Under the pieces are notes generated by a model, which did not search any database, was not told the DNA's origin, and was given only the letters and a program-made list of their open reading frames with translations. A stretch of DNA of 64,000 nucleotides, taken from assembly GCA_965198675.1 (NCBI GenBank), contig OZ240666.1:146806-210805 (forward strand). Reading direction: 5' to 3'. The stretch is from Prochloron sp. Lineage in GTDB: Bacteria > Cyanobacteriota > Cyanobacteriia > Cyanobacteriales > Prochloraceae. Below, one piece after another: positions 39,510-48,055 of this stretch. The position numbers were made by a program, and so were the translations under genes. Within the stretch, counting starts at the first letter, position 1, and every line of letters begins with the position of its first letter.

Positions 39510-40220
39510 ATGTCCAACTGGTTCAAACAACTACTACAAAAACTCTCCGGTGAGAATGACAAGGTGCTCACCCTAGAAAGAGACTTGCAAAACCTACGCT
39601 TAGAAAACCAAGAACTAAATCATCTCAAACAAGAACTAGAACGTCAGCGCAGTGGTGAAACCAATCGTACCACAGAAGCTGTCCAAACCGAAATAGAACA
39701 GCTTTTCACCGATATTTCCTCCCCTATTACCCAACTTCTGACTCAAACTTACTTATTAGAAGAAGAAGACAAACCAGTGCAAACCAAAGATGTCCTTGCT
39801 GTTGTTAAACGTCTGCTCCACACTTTAGAAGATAAGGGCTTAATGATAACAGGAAAAGTGGGAGAAACGGTTCCTTTTGAACCAAACTACCACCAACCTC
39901 TGAGTGCTAATGCTTCCCTCACACCAGGTTCATCAGTTATTGTTAGACTTGTGGGCATCTCCTATCAGGGTAAAGTAATTAAGAAAGCAGGAGTTGAAGC
40001 AGCACAGCGCTATCAAAAATTTACATATAAAAGTTACCCTACTTCACTTAGTTTATGTCTTGAATACATTTTGTTGGGGGCGATCCGGCGGGTACGCCGG
40101 ATCTGCGCTATCGCGCAGACCGCCAAACTTAGGTTGGTGGGCGATGCTACAAGTATAATAGGTTTAATGATTAACCGCAGATGGCTCCAGATTTTTGTGG
40201 TAGGATTAACTGATAACTAA
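39510..40220 (+). CDS. GrpE-like nucleotide-exchange factor (coiled-coil N-terminus, GrpE beta-domain), with repeat-derived C-terminal extension
   Basis: The coiled coil reads LERDLQNLRLENQELNHLKQELERQ. The GrpE-like C-terminal pattern is GLMITGKVGETVPFEPNYHQPLSANASLTPGSSVIVRLVGISYQGKVIKKAGV. The last approximately 65 codons run through HIP1-like and STRR repeats. Confidence 0.55.
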   Translation: MSNWFKQLLQKLSGENDKVLTLERDLQNLRLENQELNHLKQELERQRSGETNRTTEAVQTEIEQLFTDISSPITQLLTQTYLLEEEDKPVQTKDVLAVVKRLLHTLEDKGLMITGKVGETVPFEPNYHQPLSANASLTPGSSVIVRLVGISYQGKVIKKAGVEAAQRYQKFTYKSYPTSLSLCLEYILLGAIRRVRRICAIAQTAKLRLVGDATSIIGLMINRRWLQIFVVGLTDN

Positions 40221-40271
40221 TAACTGGTAACTGGTAACTGGTAACTGGTAACTGAAAGAAGGAGTTAAAAT

Positions 40272-41861
40272 ATGCCCGGACGTTTAGGGGTTGACTTTGG
40301 TACTTCCAATACAGTAATTGCTCTCTGGGATGAAGTGAGACAGGAAGGTTTACCTTGCCATATTCCTGACTACGGCTATCTCTATGGACAGAGTCATGAG
40401 AGAATCTCTGTTATCCCTTCCCTAATTAACTATCCAGCAGAGGGAAAACAGTGGTTAGGAAATCAAGTAATACAGCAAAACCTCCAAAAAAGTAATAACA
40501 CTTTTCGCTGCATGAAACGTTATATTAGCAACCGCTCCCCCGTCAAACGACCACTTCATGGACAGCAAATTTCCCACTTTGACGCTGGGAAAGACTTCCT
40601 CACCGGGGTATTACTCCTGGCAGCCGAAGCCAACAACATTAATAATGAAGAAGTAGCCTTTACCGTTCCAGTAGAAGCCTTTGAACACTATGAAAATTGG
40701 CTCGCCGAAGTGACTAAAGACGCCGAAATGCCTCGTTTCCGCTTGCTTGACGAACCCTCAGCCGCAGCTTTAGGCTATGGGGCACAAATCCAACCAGGAG
40801 ACGTTTATCTCATCTTCGACTTCGGCGGTGGTACCCTAGACGTAGCAGTAGTTTTAATAGAGAAAGAGAACCTTTCAGCTAATCGCTGCTGTCGGGTTTT
40901 GGGAAAAGCAGGAGCCGATATAGGAGGTGCTAAGATAGATCAATGGTTGTTTCAGGAAGTATTGCGCCAAACAGGAAGAAATGACACCGACGAAGAAGTG
41001 GCACAACTGAGTGGAGCATTATTGGTAGAATGTGAACAAGCGAAAATAAGTCTTTCCGAAAAAAAACGTGCTTATATTACCCTGATAAACCCCCAAACCG
41101 GTGCAGTCCTATCAGCAGAATTTACTCGCAGTGAGTTTGAAGACATTCTCGACGCTCAGGAAGCTTTGAGCAAAATTCACCGCACCATTCGCCGTGCCTT
41201 AAATACTGCCAGAGAGCGAGGCTACACTGAAGATAATATCAAATCTGTGCTCATGGTGGGAGGTAGTAGTAAAATTCCTGTGGTACAAAAAACCCTAAGA
41301 CGTATCTTTGGTAAAGAGCGAGTCATGCTAGATCGCCCCCTAGACGCAGTAGCCCGGGGTGCAGCAGCTTTTGTAGCTGGAGTAGATTTCTACGACCACA
41401 TTCAACATGATTATGCCATTCGCTACTTCAATCGTCAAGCAGGAAAGCGAGACTATCCCACTTTAGTCAAGGGAGGTACTCCCTATCCTACCTCAGAACC
41501 ATTAGCCAGTTTAACCATCAAAGCTGCTCACGACAAACAAACTCACCTGGGACTTTCTATCTTTGAAATGAGCACTAGACATGAAAATAGTCCTAATACT
41601 GGGGTAGAATTAGTATTTGACCCCTCTGGTGCAGCTCGTCTTAATGACCTCACTCCCTCAGAAGAGGAAGAGCGTAATTATTTTTGGCTCAATGAAAAAA
41701 ATCCCACCTTCTTGACTGCTAAACCAGAACCCAAGAAAGGGGAAAAGTGTTTTCAAGTCCAATTTTCTCTGAACGGTAACAAGCAACTTTTAATTACAGC
41801 CCGGGATTTGAGAACCGGAAAAGTGACCCATCGAGACTATCCAGTGGTAAAATTAACTTAG
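40272..41861 (+). CDS. Hsp70-family protein (non-canonical, 529 aa)
   Basis: Actin-like ATPase motifs GVDFGTSNTVIALWD, LDEPSAAALGYG, IFDFGGGTLDVAVV and VLMVGGSSKIPVV. It has a short non-DnaK C-terminal domain. The Shine-Dalgarno sequence is GAAGGAG. Confidence 0.8.
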   Translation: MPGRLGVDFGTSNTVIALWDEVRQEGLPCHIPDYGYLYGQSHERISVIPSLINYPAEGKQWLGNQVIQQNLQKSNNTFRCMKRYISNRSPVKRPLHGQQISHFDAGKDFLTGVLLLAAEANNINNEEVAFTVPVEAFEHYENWLAEVTKDAEMPRFRLLDEPSAAALGYGAQIQPGDVYLIFDFGGGTLDVAVVLIEKENLSANRCCRVLGKAGADIGGAKIDQWLFQEVLRQTGRNDTDEEVAQLSGALLVECEQAKISLSEKKRAYITLINPQTGAVLSAEFTRSEFEDILDAQEALSKIHRTIRRALNTARERGYTEDNIKSVLMVGGSSKIPVVQKTLRRIFGKERVMLDRPLDAVARGAAAFVAGVDFYDHIQHDYAIRYFNRQAGKRDYPTLVKGGTPYPTSEPLASLTIKAAHDKQTHLGLSIFEMSTRHENSPNTGVELVFDPSGAARLNDLTPSEEEERNYFWLNEKNPTFLTAKPEPKKGEKCFQVQFSLNGNKQLLITARDLRTGKVTHRDYPVVKLT

Positions 41862-41877
41862 GGAGTAGAGGAGAGAA

Positions 41878-42261
41878 ATGTCTCATTTTACAACGATTAA
41901 AACCAAGATAGTAGAAAAAGAATATTTGCAGCAGGCATTGACAGATTTAGGTTATACTTATGAAGAGGGTAACGTCCAGGTGCGGGGTTATCAAGGTAAT
42001 CGTACCGAAGTAGAAGTCAAAATAACTACCAATAGTCCTGGGTACGATATTGGTTTGCGCAAAACAGGAGACTCCTATGAAGTAATCGCTGATTGGTGGG
42101 GAATAAAAAACATGACCTCCCAAAAATTTATCCAACCTTTAAACCAGCGCTATGCTTATCATGCAGCCAAAGCAAAACTAGAAGCACAAGGCTTTTCTTT
42201 AGTAAGCGAACAACAAGAAGAAGGAGAGAAAATTCATTTAGTATTGCGCCGAATGGTTTAA
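41878..42261 (+). CDS. DUF1257 (Ycf35-family) protein
   Basis: MSHFTTIKTKIVEKEYLQQALTDLGYTYEEG...ADWWGI is the characteristic DUF1257 sequence. It starts 16 nt after the Hsp70-like stop. Confidence 0.7.
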   Translation: MSHFTTIKTKIVEKEYLQQALTDLGYTYEEGNVQVRGYQGNRTEVEVKITTNSPGYDIGLRKTGDSYEVIADWWGIKNMTSQKFIQPLNQRYAYHAAKAKLEAQGFSLVSEQQEEGEKIHLVLRRMV

Positions 42262-42322
42262 AATCTCTCTCCACCTCTCTGTGCCTCTGCGCCTCTGCGT
42301 GAAACCCAAAAATAAATTTAAA

Positions 42323-42529
42323 ATGGAACTACAAGAAATCGATGTATTTGTGGAAAAAGACGGTAAAGTCCGCCTTGAAGTGCGGGGAGTCAAAGGAACA
42401 TCTTGCTTAGATTTAACTCAAGACTTAGAAGCTATCTTAGGAGGGGAAATTGCAGCAAGGGAAATGACTCCAGAAGCTGAGGAAACAGCAGCAGTAATCC
42501 CCGTACAGTTAACCAGTTACCAGGGTTAA
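42323..42529 (+). CDS. DUF2997-like small protein
   Basis: MELQEIDVFVEKDGKVRLEVRGVKGTSCLDLTQDLEAILGGEI matches the DUF2997 pattern as I remember it. This family usually sits next to DUF1257. Confidence 0.6.
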   Translation: MELQEIDVFVEKDGKVRLEVRGVKGTSCLDLTQDLEAILGGEIAAREMTPEAEETAAVIPVQLTSYQG

Positions 42530-43005
42530 AACCGATAATTGCGCTCCCCTACCCAAAGACTAACGGGGACTGCATTTCCTTTACTATCCACCTTCACTTC
42601 TACCACAAATTGCCGTTCTTCCTTTTGTATCTCCCTGATCTGGGCATTAATCTCCTTACGCTTATTTTCTGGCATATAATAGGTTTCCAGCCCATAGTCA
42701 ATCCAGTCAGCACCCCCGGCTGAAGCACGGTTGCTCTCATGCCTCCAGCTTCAGGTAGCTGACCAGCCGTAGGATGCGTTACGCCATAGCTGTCAGCTTT
42801 AAACACTTCTCCAGACGTGTGCTAACGCATCCTACTTAACTGACTACGTTTTCCTTCGTCACGACACCTTCAGGTGCTTTCCAGCCTGTCGCTCTGTCGC
42901 TAATCATTAAACAGCCTTAGTAGGGGTAAAGCAGTGTGGTTGGCCCAACAAGCTTAGAAAACATTGGCAAGGAACACATTACACATCTGTAGACGAGACG
43001 CAACC

Positions 43006-43921
43006 ATGTCTAACTACGTTTTGGTAATTGATACCCATAAAAAGCCGTTAAATCCCTGCACACCAGGGATGGCCCGCTCTCTCCTGAAAGCGGGTAAAGC
43101 AGCGGTCTTCAGACGGTATCCCTTTACCATCATCCTCAAGAAAGCGGTTTGGGATACTCCAGAACCCTGCCAACTCAAGTTGGACCCTGGCTCCAAAACG
43201 ACTGGGATTACCATCTTGCAAGGGAATCAAGTCATCTGGGGGGCAGAATTGACCCATCGGGGGCAACAAATCAAAATGGAAGCTCACAGAGACACAGAGG
43301 CGCAGAGGGATCAGTCATATCTCTTTGCAGCTATAACGCTTGTTTATACGTTCTCCGTGCCTCCGCGCCTCTGCGCGAAACGATTCGGGAAAGCCTGACC
43401 TACTAGCCAAAATCAAGCGACAAGCCAAAGCCCCTCTGAAGGATGTGGCAGCAGTTAATACCACCCGTTGGAGGTTATTAAACGCCCTTAAGCAAACGGG
43501 CCTAACTGTTACCACAGGCACGGGAGGACAGACCAAATTTAACCGTTCCCAACAGGGGGTGGCTAAAGCTCACTGGCTGGATGCAGCTTGTGTTGGGAAG
43601 ATATTAACTCTGGAGTTTTGCACTTCCAAACCATTACTGATTAAAGCAACGGGGCACAGGTGCAGGCAAATGTGTGGCACCGATAAGTATGGCTTCCCAA
43701 AACGACATCGTTCACGGATGCAAGTTCACAAAGGCTTCAGAACAGGAGACATGGTTAAAGCGGTTGTTACGGCTGGCAAGAAAATAGGCACCTATGTGGG
43801 ACGGGTTCTATGTCGTGCATCCGGCAGTTTTGATATTGCCACTCAAAGTGGCAGAGTGACGGGTATTAGCCACAAGTATTGCCAGCCAATTCACAAAAAG
43901 GATGGATACGCCTATGCATGA
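43006..43921 (+). pseudogene. iscB: IscB-like (RRXRR/PLMP-domain) OMEGA nuclease relic with internal deletion
   Basis: N-terminal part: MSNYVLVIDTHKKPLNPCTPGMARSLLKAGKAAVFRRYPFTIILK (PLMP domain), LKLDPGSKTTGITIL (RuvC-I), AELTHRGQQIK. C-terminal part in another frame: LLAKIKRQAKAPLKDVAAVNTTRWRLL...KAHWLDAACVG (RuvC-III) plus GFRTGDMV...GRVLCRASGSFDI...KKDGYAYA. The bridge helix, RuvC-II and HNH are replaced by 118 bp of repeat (43276-43393). Confidence 0.7.
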
Positions 43922-43928
43922 CAGATTG

Positions 43929-43970
43929 ACGGCGCCCGGCATTGATTAATGGCGGGCGCCGTTCGTTTTT
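43929..43970 (+). terminator. Rho-independent terminator after the IscB relic
   Basis: A 10-bp GC-rich stem ACGGCGCCCG / CGGGCGCCGT with a 14-nt loop, followed by TCGTTTTT. Confidence 0.6.
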
Positions 43971-44201
43971 CCTCCCCGCTCGCGCATAGGCGTTGCTCTC
44001 CAAACGTATCGGATATTTTCGTGAGAATTGTACTCTCCCTGCAAATTACCGGCAATCCTGACTGGTGAATTGTGGATTCATAGAAACCAGCAGCAATACT
44101 ACCTTTAATTCTCTCGACCAAACCTGCCAATTAGCTGCCACAAAGGTAATTACTGCCAAACCCACTAAAATCATGATAAATAGGAATCTCTTAACAAGAA
44201 A

Positions 44202-45317
44202 ATGTTTGATTGTATTATTATCGGTTCCGGACCCGCTGGGGGTAGCGCTGCTTATCACTTAGCCAAACGAGGACGTTCCGTGTTAATCTTAGAAAAAGCC
44301 TCCTTACCCCGTTATAAACCCTGTGGGGGTGGAGTATCTCCCCTGGTTCAATCCTGGTTTGACTTTGACTTTACTCCCGCTATTTCTTGCAAAACCACCA
44401 CTAATTGCTATACTTGGAATAAGTCAGACCAGGTAGAAGTAACAATTGAGAATCAAGAGCCAATTTGGATGGTACGACGGGATATATTTGACTACTTTTT
44501 AGTTAAGCAAGCCCTAAAACAAGGAGCAGAACTGCGAGAGAATACCAAAGCGACGGCGATTGCCTTTCAGGGAGATAGTTGGGAAGTAATCACCACCTCA
44601 GAACCAGTCACAGGGCGCTACTTAATTGCAGCCGATGGAGCTAAAGGTATCATGGCTAAATTATTGGGCTTCAAAAAGCGCAAAACTCGTCTCGCAGGTG
44701 CTCTGGAAGTAGAAGTCCCCATACCCAAACAAGAAGATCGTCGAGTTTATTTTGAATTTGGCATGGTAAAAGGAGGCTATATCTGGAACTTTCCCAAAGC
44801 AGACGGCTATTCCATCGGTGTGGGTACCTTTCGGGGTGCCCAAAGACAAGACTTTAAAGGCATTTTGACAGAGTATAGCAAGATGTTTGACGTGGATATT
44901 AACACGGGTAAACACTGTGGTCATCCTGTCTCTCTTTGGGACGGCAATCAAAGGCTCCATACCGAACATGCCCTGTTAGCAGGGGAAGCTGCTTCCGTGG
45001 TGGATCCCTTTACCGCTGAGGGCATTCGTCCTTCTATTTTTAGCGGTATGAAAGCAGCAGAAGCAATAGATATGGCGATAGCAGGGGATATTAATGCCCT
45101 GACAGGATATACTGAAACCATGAGCCAAGAATGGGGTAGTGAAATGATATGGGCAAAGCGTCTTGCCCAGTTATTTTACCGCTTTCCCCGAGTGGGTTAT
45201 GAAATGGGAGTGAAACGTCCTTCTGCTACTACAACCATGGCCAAAATTTTAGCTGGTAAATTGCGTTACTCTGATGTTGCTCATAGGGGTATTCAACGTT
45301 TCACACAAAGACACTGA
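44202..45317 (+). CDS. Geranylgeranyl reductase-family FAD-dependent oxidoreductase
   Basis: MFDCIIIGSGPAGGSAAYHLAKRGRSVLILEK is a dinucleotide-binding motif. LIAADGAKG and GEAASVVDPFTAEGI motifs are also present. Confidence 0.75.
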   Translation: MFDCIIIGSGPAGGSAAYHLAKRGRSVLILEKASLPRYKPCGGGVSPLVQSWFDFDFTPAISCKTTTNCYTWNKSDQVEVTIENQEPIWMVRRDIFDYFLVKQALKQGAELRENTKATAIAFQGDSWEVITTSEPVTGRYLIAADGAKGIMAKLLGFKKRKTRLAGALEVEVPIPKQEDRRVYFEFGMVKGGYIWNFPKADGYSIGVGTFRGAQRQDFKGILTEYSKMFDVDINTGKHCGHPVSLWDGNQRLHTEHALLAGEAASVVDPFTAEGIRPSIFSGMKAAEAIDMAIAGDINALTGYTETMSQEWGSEMIWAKRLAQLFYRFPRVGYEMGVKRPSATTTMAKILAGKLRYSDVAHRGIQRFTQRH

Positions 45318-45327
45318 GACGCCGCAA

Positions 45328-45488
45328 GGTAGGGTGGGCAAGGTAGTAAAAAATTCATAATTCAGCCCACCAGCCCATAATCTGGTATAGTTTACCATGA
45401 CAGCTTATTCAGCTTTCTGGTTTAGTGGGCAATCAGAAATTTACTCTCATTATAGGGGACCAAACGTTTTCCAAATTGCCCACCCTAC
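45328..45488. repeat. Approximately 160-bp MITE-like element bounded by GTAGGGTGGGCAA / TTGCCCACCCTAC inverted repeats
   Basis: The terminal 13-nt arms are exact reverse complements. The head resembles 11630-11675. Confidence 0.6.
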
Positions 45489-45491
45489 GAA

Positions 45492-45938
45492 CTACTTTTC
45501 TCTCCTCTCTGGGTCTCTGGGGTTTATTTCACGAATAAATTCTAAAGGCAAACCATCCCTATCGGCAATAAATGCCACCTCATAAACCCTATCCCCTATC
45601 ATTTGTTGTCGCGGTTCTAATAATACTTGCAACGGTGACGATTCTTTAGCAAAACTAACTTTCAACTCATGTAACCAACTGGGTAAATCTTCAGTAACAT
45701 CGGTCAAATCAAAAGAAAGATGATAATAACCCACATAATGCTGGTCTCCAAAAGCATCCGGGGCTGGTTTTGGTGACCGTATTTCCATCAACTCAATCCT
45801 ACCCCCCAAACCCTCCAACCAGCAAGCGAGGGTATAACCAGTACTAAAGCGCTCTTTTACAGTAAATCCCAACCTTTCATAGAAGGCGATCGCCCGATGA
45901 ATATTAGCGGTGCGAATAGCAGCGTGGTGCATAATCAT
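45492..45938 (-). CDS. VOC (glyoxalase/bleomycin-resistance/dioxygenase) family protein
   Basis: HHAAIRTANIHRAIAFYERLGFTV...YYHLSFD is a typical VOC beta-alpha-beta-beta-beta module. Confidence 0.7.
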   Translation of the reverse strand: MIMHHAAIRTANIHRAIAFYERLGFTVKERFSTGYTLACWLEGLGGRIELMEIRSPKPAPDAFGDQHYVGYYHLSFDLTDVTEDLPSWLHELKVSFAKESSPLQVLLEPRQQMIGDRVYEVAFIADRDGLPLEFIREINPRDPERREK

Positions 45939-46441
45939 TCAAATAAACGATAATAAGTACAGTGTTGCGGCGTCCCCTTTTCTCTTTCCAAATGGAAGTT
46001 AATTACTTCCCAGCAAGGATCCTCTGGGGGTTCGGCACTAAATTCTACCGGTACGCCGTACAACTGGAGATTTTTGCTATTTGGATCTTCTTTCCAAGAA
46101 GAGTTTCCTTCCAAACAAGTACTGACCAACTTCCGATAGCGATAGGCAATAATTATCTTAGTGGCTCGATAGCCTTCAGTATAGAGCTGATCTAAGGCTT
46201 CGTGAATTTCAAAGCGAATTCCATCAGGGTGGGTATACTGTCGATACCATTTATCCTGCCAGAGACGCCAGTGTCTTTGAGACTGGAGATGAATTAGTTC
46301 TCCCATTTGGGGATCCGCTTCAAAAGCACCGTGACGAGGACACAAATAGCTATCTGTCAGGGTCAAAGCAGCAATTCTTTGGTGACAGTGAGGACAGTGA
46401 ATCTCCGGACCAAATATAGGGTATTGTAGAGCTAGATTCAT
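45935..46441 (-). CDS. Conserved hypothetical protein with N-terminal zinc-ribbon (CPHC...CPRHG)
   Basis: MNLALQYPIFGPEIHCPHCHQRIAALTLTDSYLCPRHGAF. There is a 4-nt ATGA-type overlap with the downstream VOC gene. Confidence 0.5.
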   Translation of the reverse strand: MNLALQYPIFGPEIHCPHCHQRIAALTLTDSYLCPRHGAFEADPQMGELIHLQSQRHWRLWQDKWYRQYTHPDGIRFEIHEALDQLYTEGYRATKIIIAYRYRKLVSTCLEGNSSWKEDPNSKNLQLYGVPVEFSAEPPEDPCWEVINFHLEREKGTPQHCTYYRLFE

Positions 46442-46478
46442 CTTTAACTTACCGTGAGCCAGCAATTCTATTATAGAT

Positions 46479-47006
46479 ATGGTAACTTCACCAACTAAAT
46501 ATTGGCAGCCTCCCGATTGCTCTCAAGCTGCTTTTATAGCTCCTAATGCAGTGGTTATGGGTCATGTCACCCTCAGCCCAGGGGTGAGTGTGTGGTACGG
46601 TGCTGTGGTGCGGGGAGATATAGAACGGATTGAAATTGGTGCTAGCACTAATATCCAAGATGGATCAATTTTGCACGGGGATCCCGGTGTGCCTACTATT
46701 TTAGAAGATTTCGTTACCGTCGGCCATCGCGCTGTGATTCATTCTGCTTATGTTGAAAGGGGTTGTTTAATCGGCATTGGGGCAGTAGTCTTGAATGGAG
46801 TGCGGGTAGGTGCTGGTAGTATTATCGGTGCTGGGAGTGTTGTTACCAAAGACGTGGCCCCAAAATCCCTAGTGGTGGGGGTACCCGGTAAATCACTGCG
46901 AGAAATTAGCGACTCGGAAGTAGTAGAATTAATCGAACACGCTGAACGTTATCAAAAGTTAGCTCTCGTCCATGCTGGAAAAAGCACCGATTTAGGCTTT
47001 TCCTAA
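46479..47006 (+). CDS. Gamma-class carbonic anhydrase-family (hexapeptide repeat) protein
   Basis: Left-handed beta-helix hexapeptide repeats with His residues, e.g. IQDGSILHGDPG and VTVGHRAVIHSA. Confidence 0.75.
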   Translation: MVTSPTKYWQPPDCSQAAFIAPNAVVMGHVTLSPGVSVWYGAVVRGDIERIEIGASTNIQDGSILHGDPGVPTILEDFVTVGHRAVIHSAYVERGCLIGIGAVVLNGVRVGAGSIIGAGSVVTKDVAPKSLVVGVPGKSLREISDSEVVELIEHAERYQKLALVHAGKSTDLGFS

Positions 47007-47007
47007 C

Positions 47008-47661
47008 TCATGATACACTAAGACACTGTTGACAAATTGCTTGCAAAACCTGTAATAATTCAAGAGCATGTTCACGACGTATAAGATTTAATTCCGGTAA
47101 AAGTTGATAGATAGGAGGATTACCTTGTTGCAGATAAACAAATTGATAATTTTTACCATTGGTTGCTAGTCCCCAAACTGAGTCTTGATGTTCTAAACTA
47201 GAATAAGCATAGGTAAGTAACTGGGGCAAACCTTCTAAAGCATCAACTCGACTTCTTTTAGATTCAATTAACAGTACCCACAAAGGAGTGTTTTTCCTAT
47301 TGGCTTCTATTCTGTTAACCGCTAGAATATCCATTCTACCCCTGATAATGGTGTCTTTATCTTCAATGTTAATGGGGACAATGCCTTCTTCTAAAGAAAT
47401 TCTTATATGGGGATGATAAAAACCAGCTAACCACATTAAAGGAGATAAGATAAGAAATTTTACTTCTCCTTCTAACAAATTACCTTCTTCGTAATATACT
47501 TCAAAATTATGACGTATTTGCTCTAAGTCTTGTTCCTCTCTTGAATTTAAAGATTCCAGAGCAAGTAAAGAATTAAAAGAGTTATTAAATTGCCTTTTTA
47601 ATTGGAGAAGACCATGAACATCTTTTAAAACGAGATTACTAGTATCTAATTTAGTCGTCAT
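47008..47661 (-). CDS. Restriction-endonuclease-like (PD-(D/E)XK, HsdR-N-like) protein
   Basis: GRMDILAV...VLLIESKRS fits a D...E-x-K nuclease core. The overall layout resembles the type I restriction enzyme R N-terminal domain family. Confidence 0.45.
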   Translation of the reverse strand: MTTKLDTSNLVLKDVHGLLQLKRQFNNSFNSLLALESLNSREEQDLEQIRHNFEVYYEEGNLLEGEVKFLILSPLMWLAGFYHPHIRISLEEGIVPINIEDKDTIIRGRMDILAVNRIEANRKNTPLWVLLIESKRSRVDALEGLPQLLTYAYSSLEHQDSVWGLATNGKNYQFVYLQQGNPPIYQLLPELNLIRREHALELLQVLQAICQQCLSVS

Positions 47662-47718
47662 TGATTTCCTAACTCCTTCCTTTTCTTATAGTATACCTCG
47701 GGTGATAGGGGGAAACAA

Positions 47719-47880
47719 TGCTAGGGTGCTAGGGTGCTAGGGTGCTAGGGTGCTAGGGTGCTAGGGTGATAGGGGGAATATTTGTCGGTAGCGCGCGTGG
47801 CGCACTCGCTCTGGACCAATCTCCTCATCTCCTCATCTCCTCATCTCCTCATCTCCCAATCTCCCAATCTCCCAATCTCC
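47719..47880. repeat. Two octamer tandem arrays: (TGCTAGGG)x6 and (ATCTCCTC)x4-(ATCTCCCA)x3
   Basis: Both are read directly. The first array (47719-47766) is flanked by the direct repeat GGTGATAGGGGGA. The second lies at 47818-47880. Confidence 0.9.
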
Positions 47881-47938
47881 CTCAGGGTGTGTTAAGATTG
47901 GTTAAGTACTTTAATAAATCCAAAGAGGAGAAACAGAG

Positions 47939-48055
47939 ATGGACTTGCGGCTCCTAATAGTTATTCTACCCCTGGCGATCGCTTTGGGTTGGGTCTTTTA
48001 TAATATCGGCTCCGCTGCATTACAGCAAGGGCAAGATTTTCTCAACAAGGAATAA
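47939..48055 (+). CDS. psbY: Photosystem II protein Y
   Basis: 38-aa ORF MDLRLLIVILPLAIALGWVFYNIGSAALQQGQDFLNKE with a GAGGAG Shine-Dalgarno sequence. It has the PsbY pattern of a single helix, GW..FNIG and a basic/polar tail. It is not in the ORF track because it is too short. Confidence 0.6.
   Translation: MDLRLLIVILPLAIALGWVFYNIGSAALQQGQDFLNKE

Noticed and set aside
42537-42806. Minus-strand small ORFs: 42600..42806, and a 49-codon frame ...MPENKRKEINAQIREIQKEERQFVVEVKVDSKGNAVPVSLWVGERNYRF ending at about 42537.
   Set aside because: The 49-codon frame looks protein-like and could be the C-terminal fragment of a lost gene. It has no upstream continuation (there is a stop shortly before) and no recognisable family. 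It lies in the candidate omega-RNA/IS left-end region, so it is not called.
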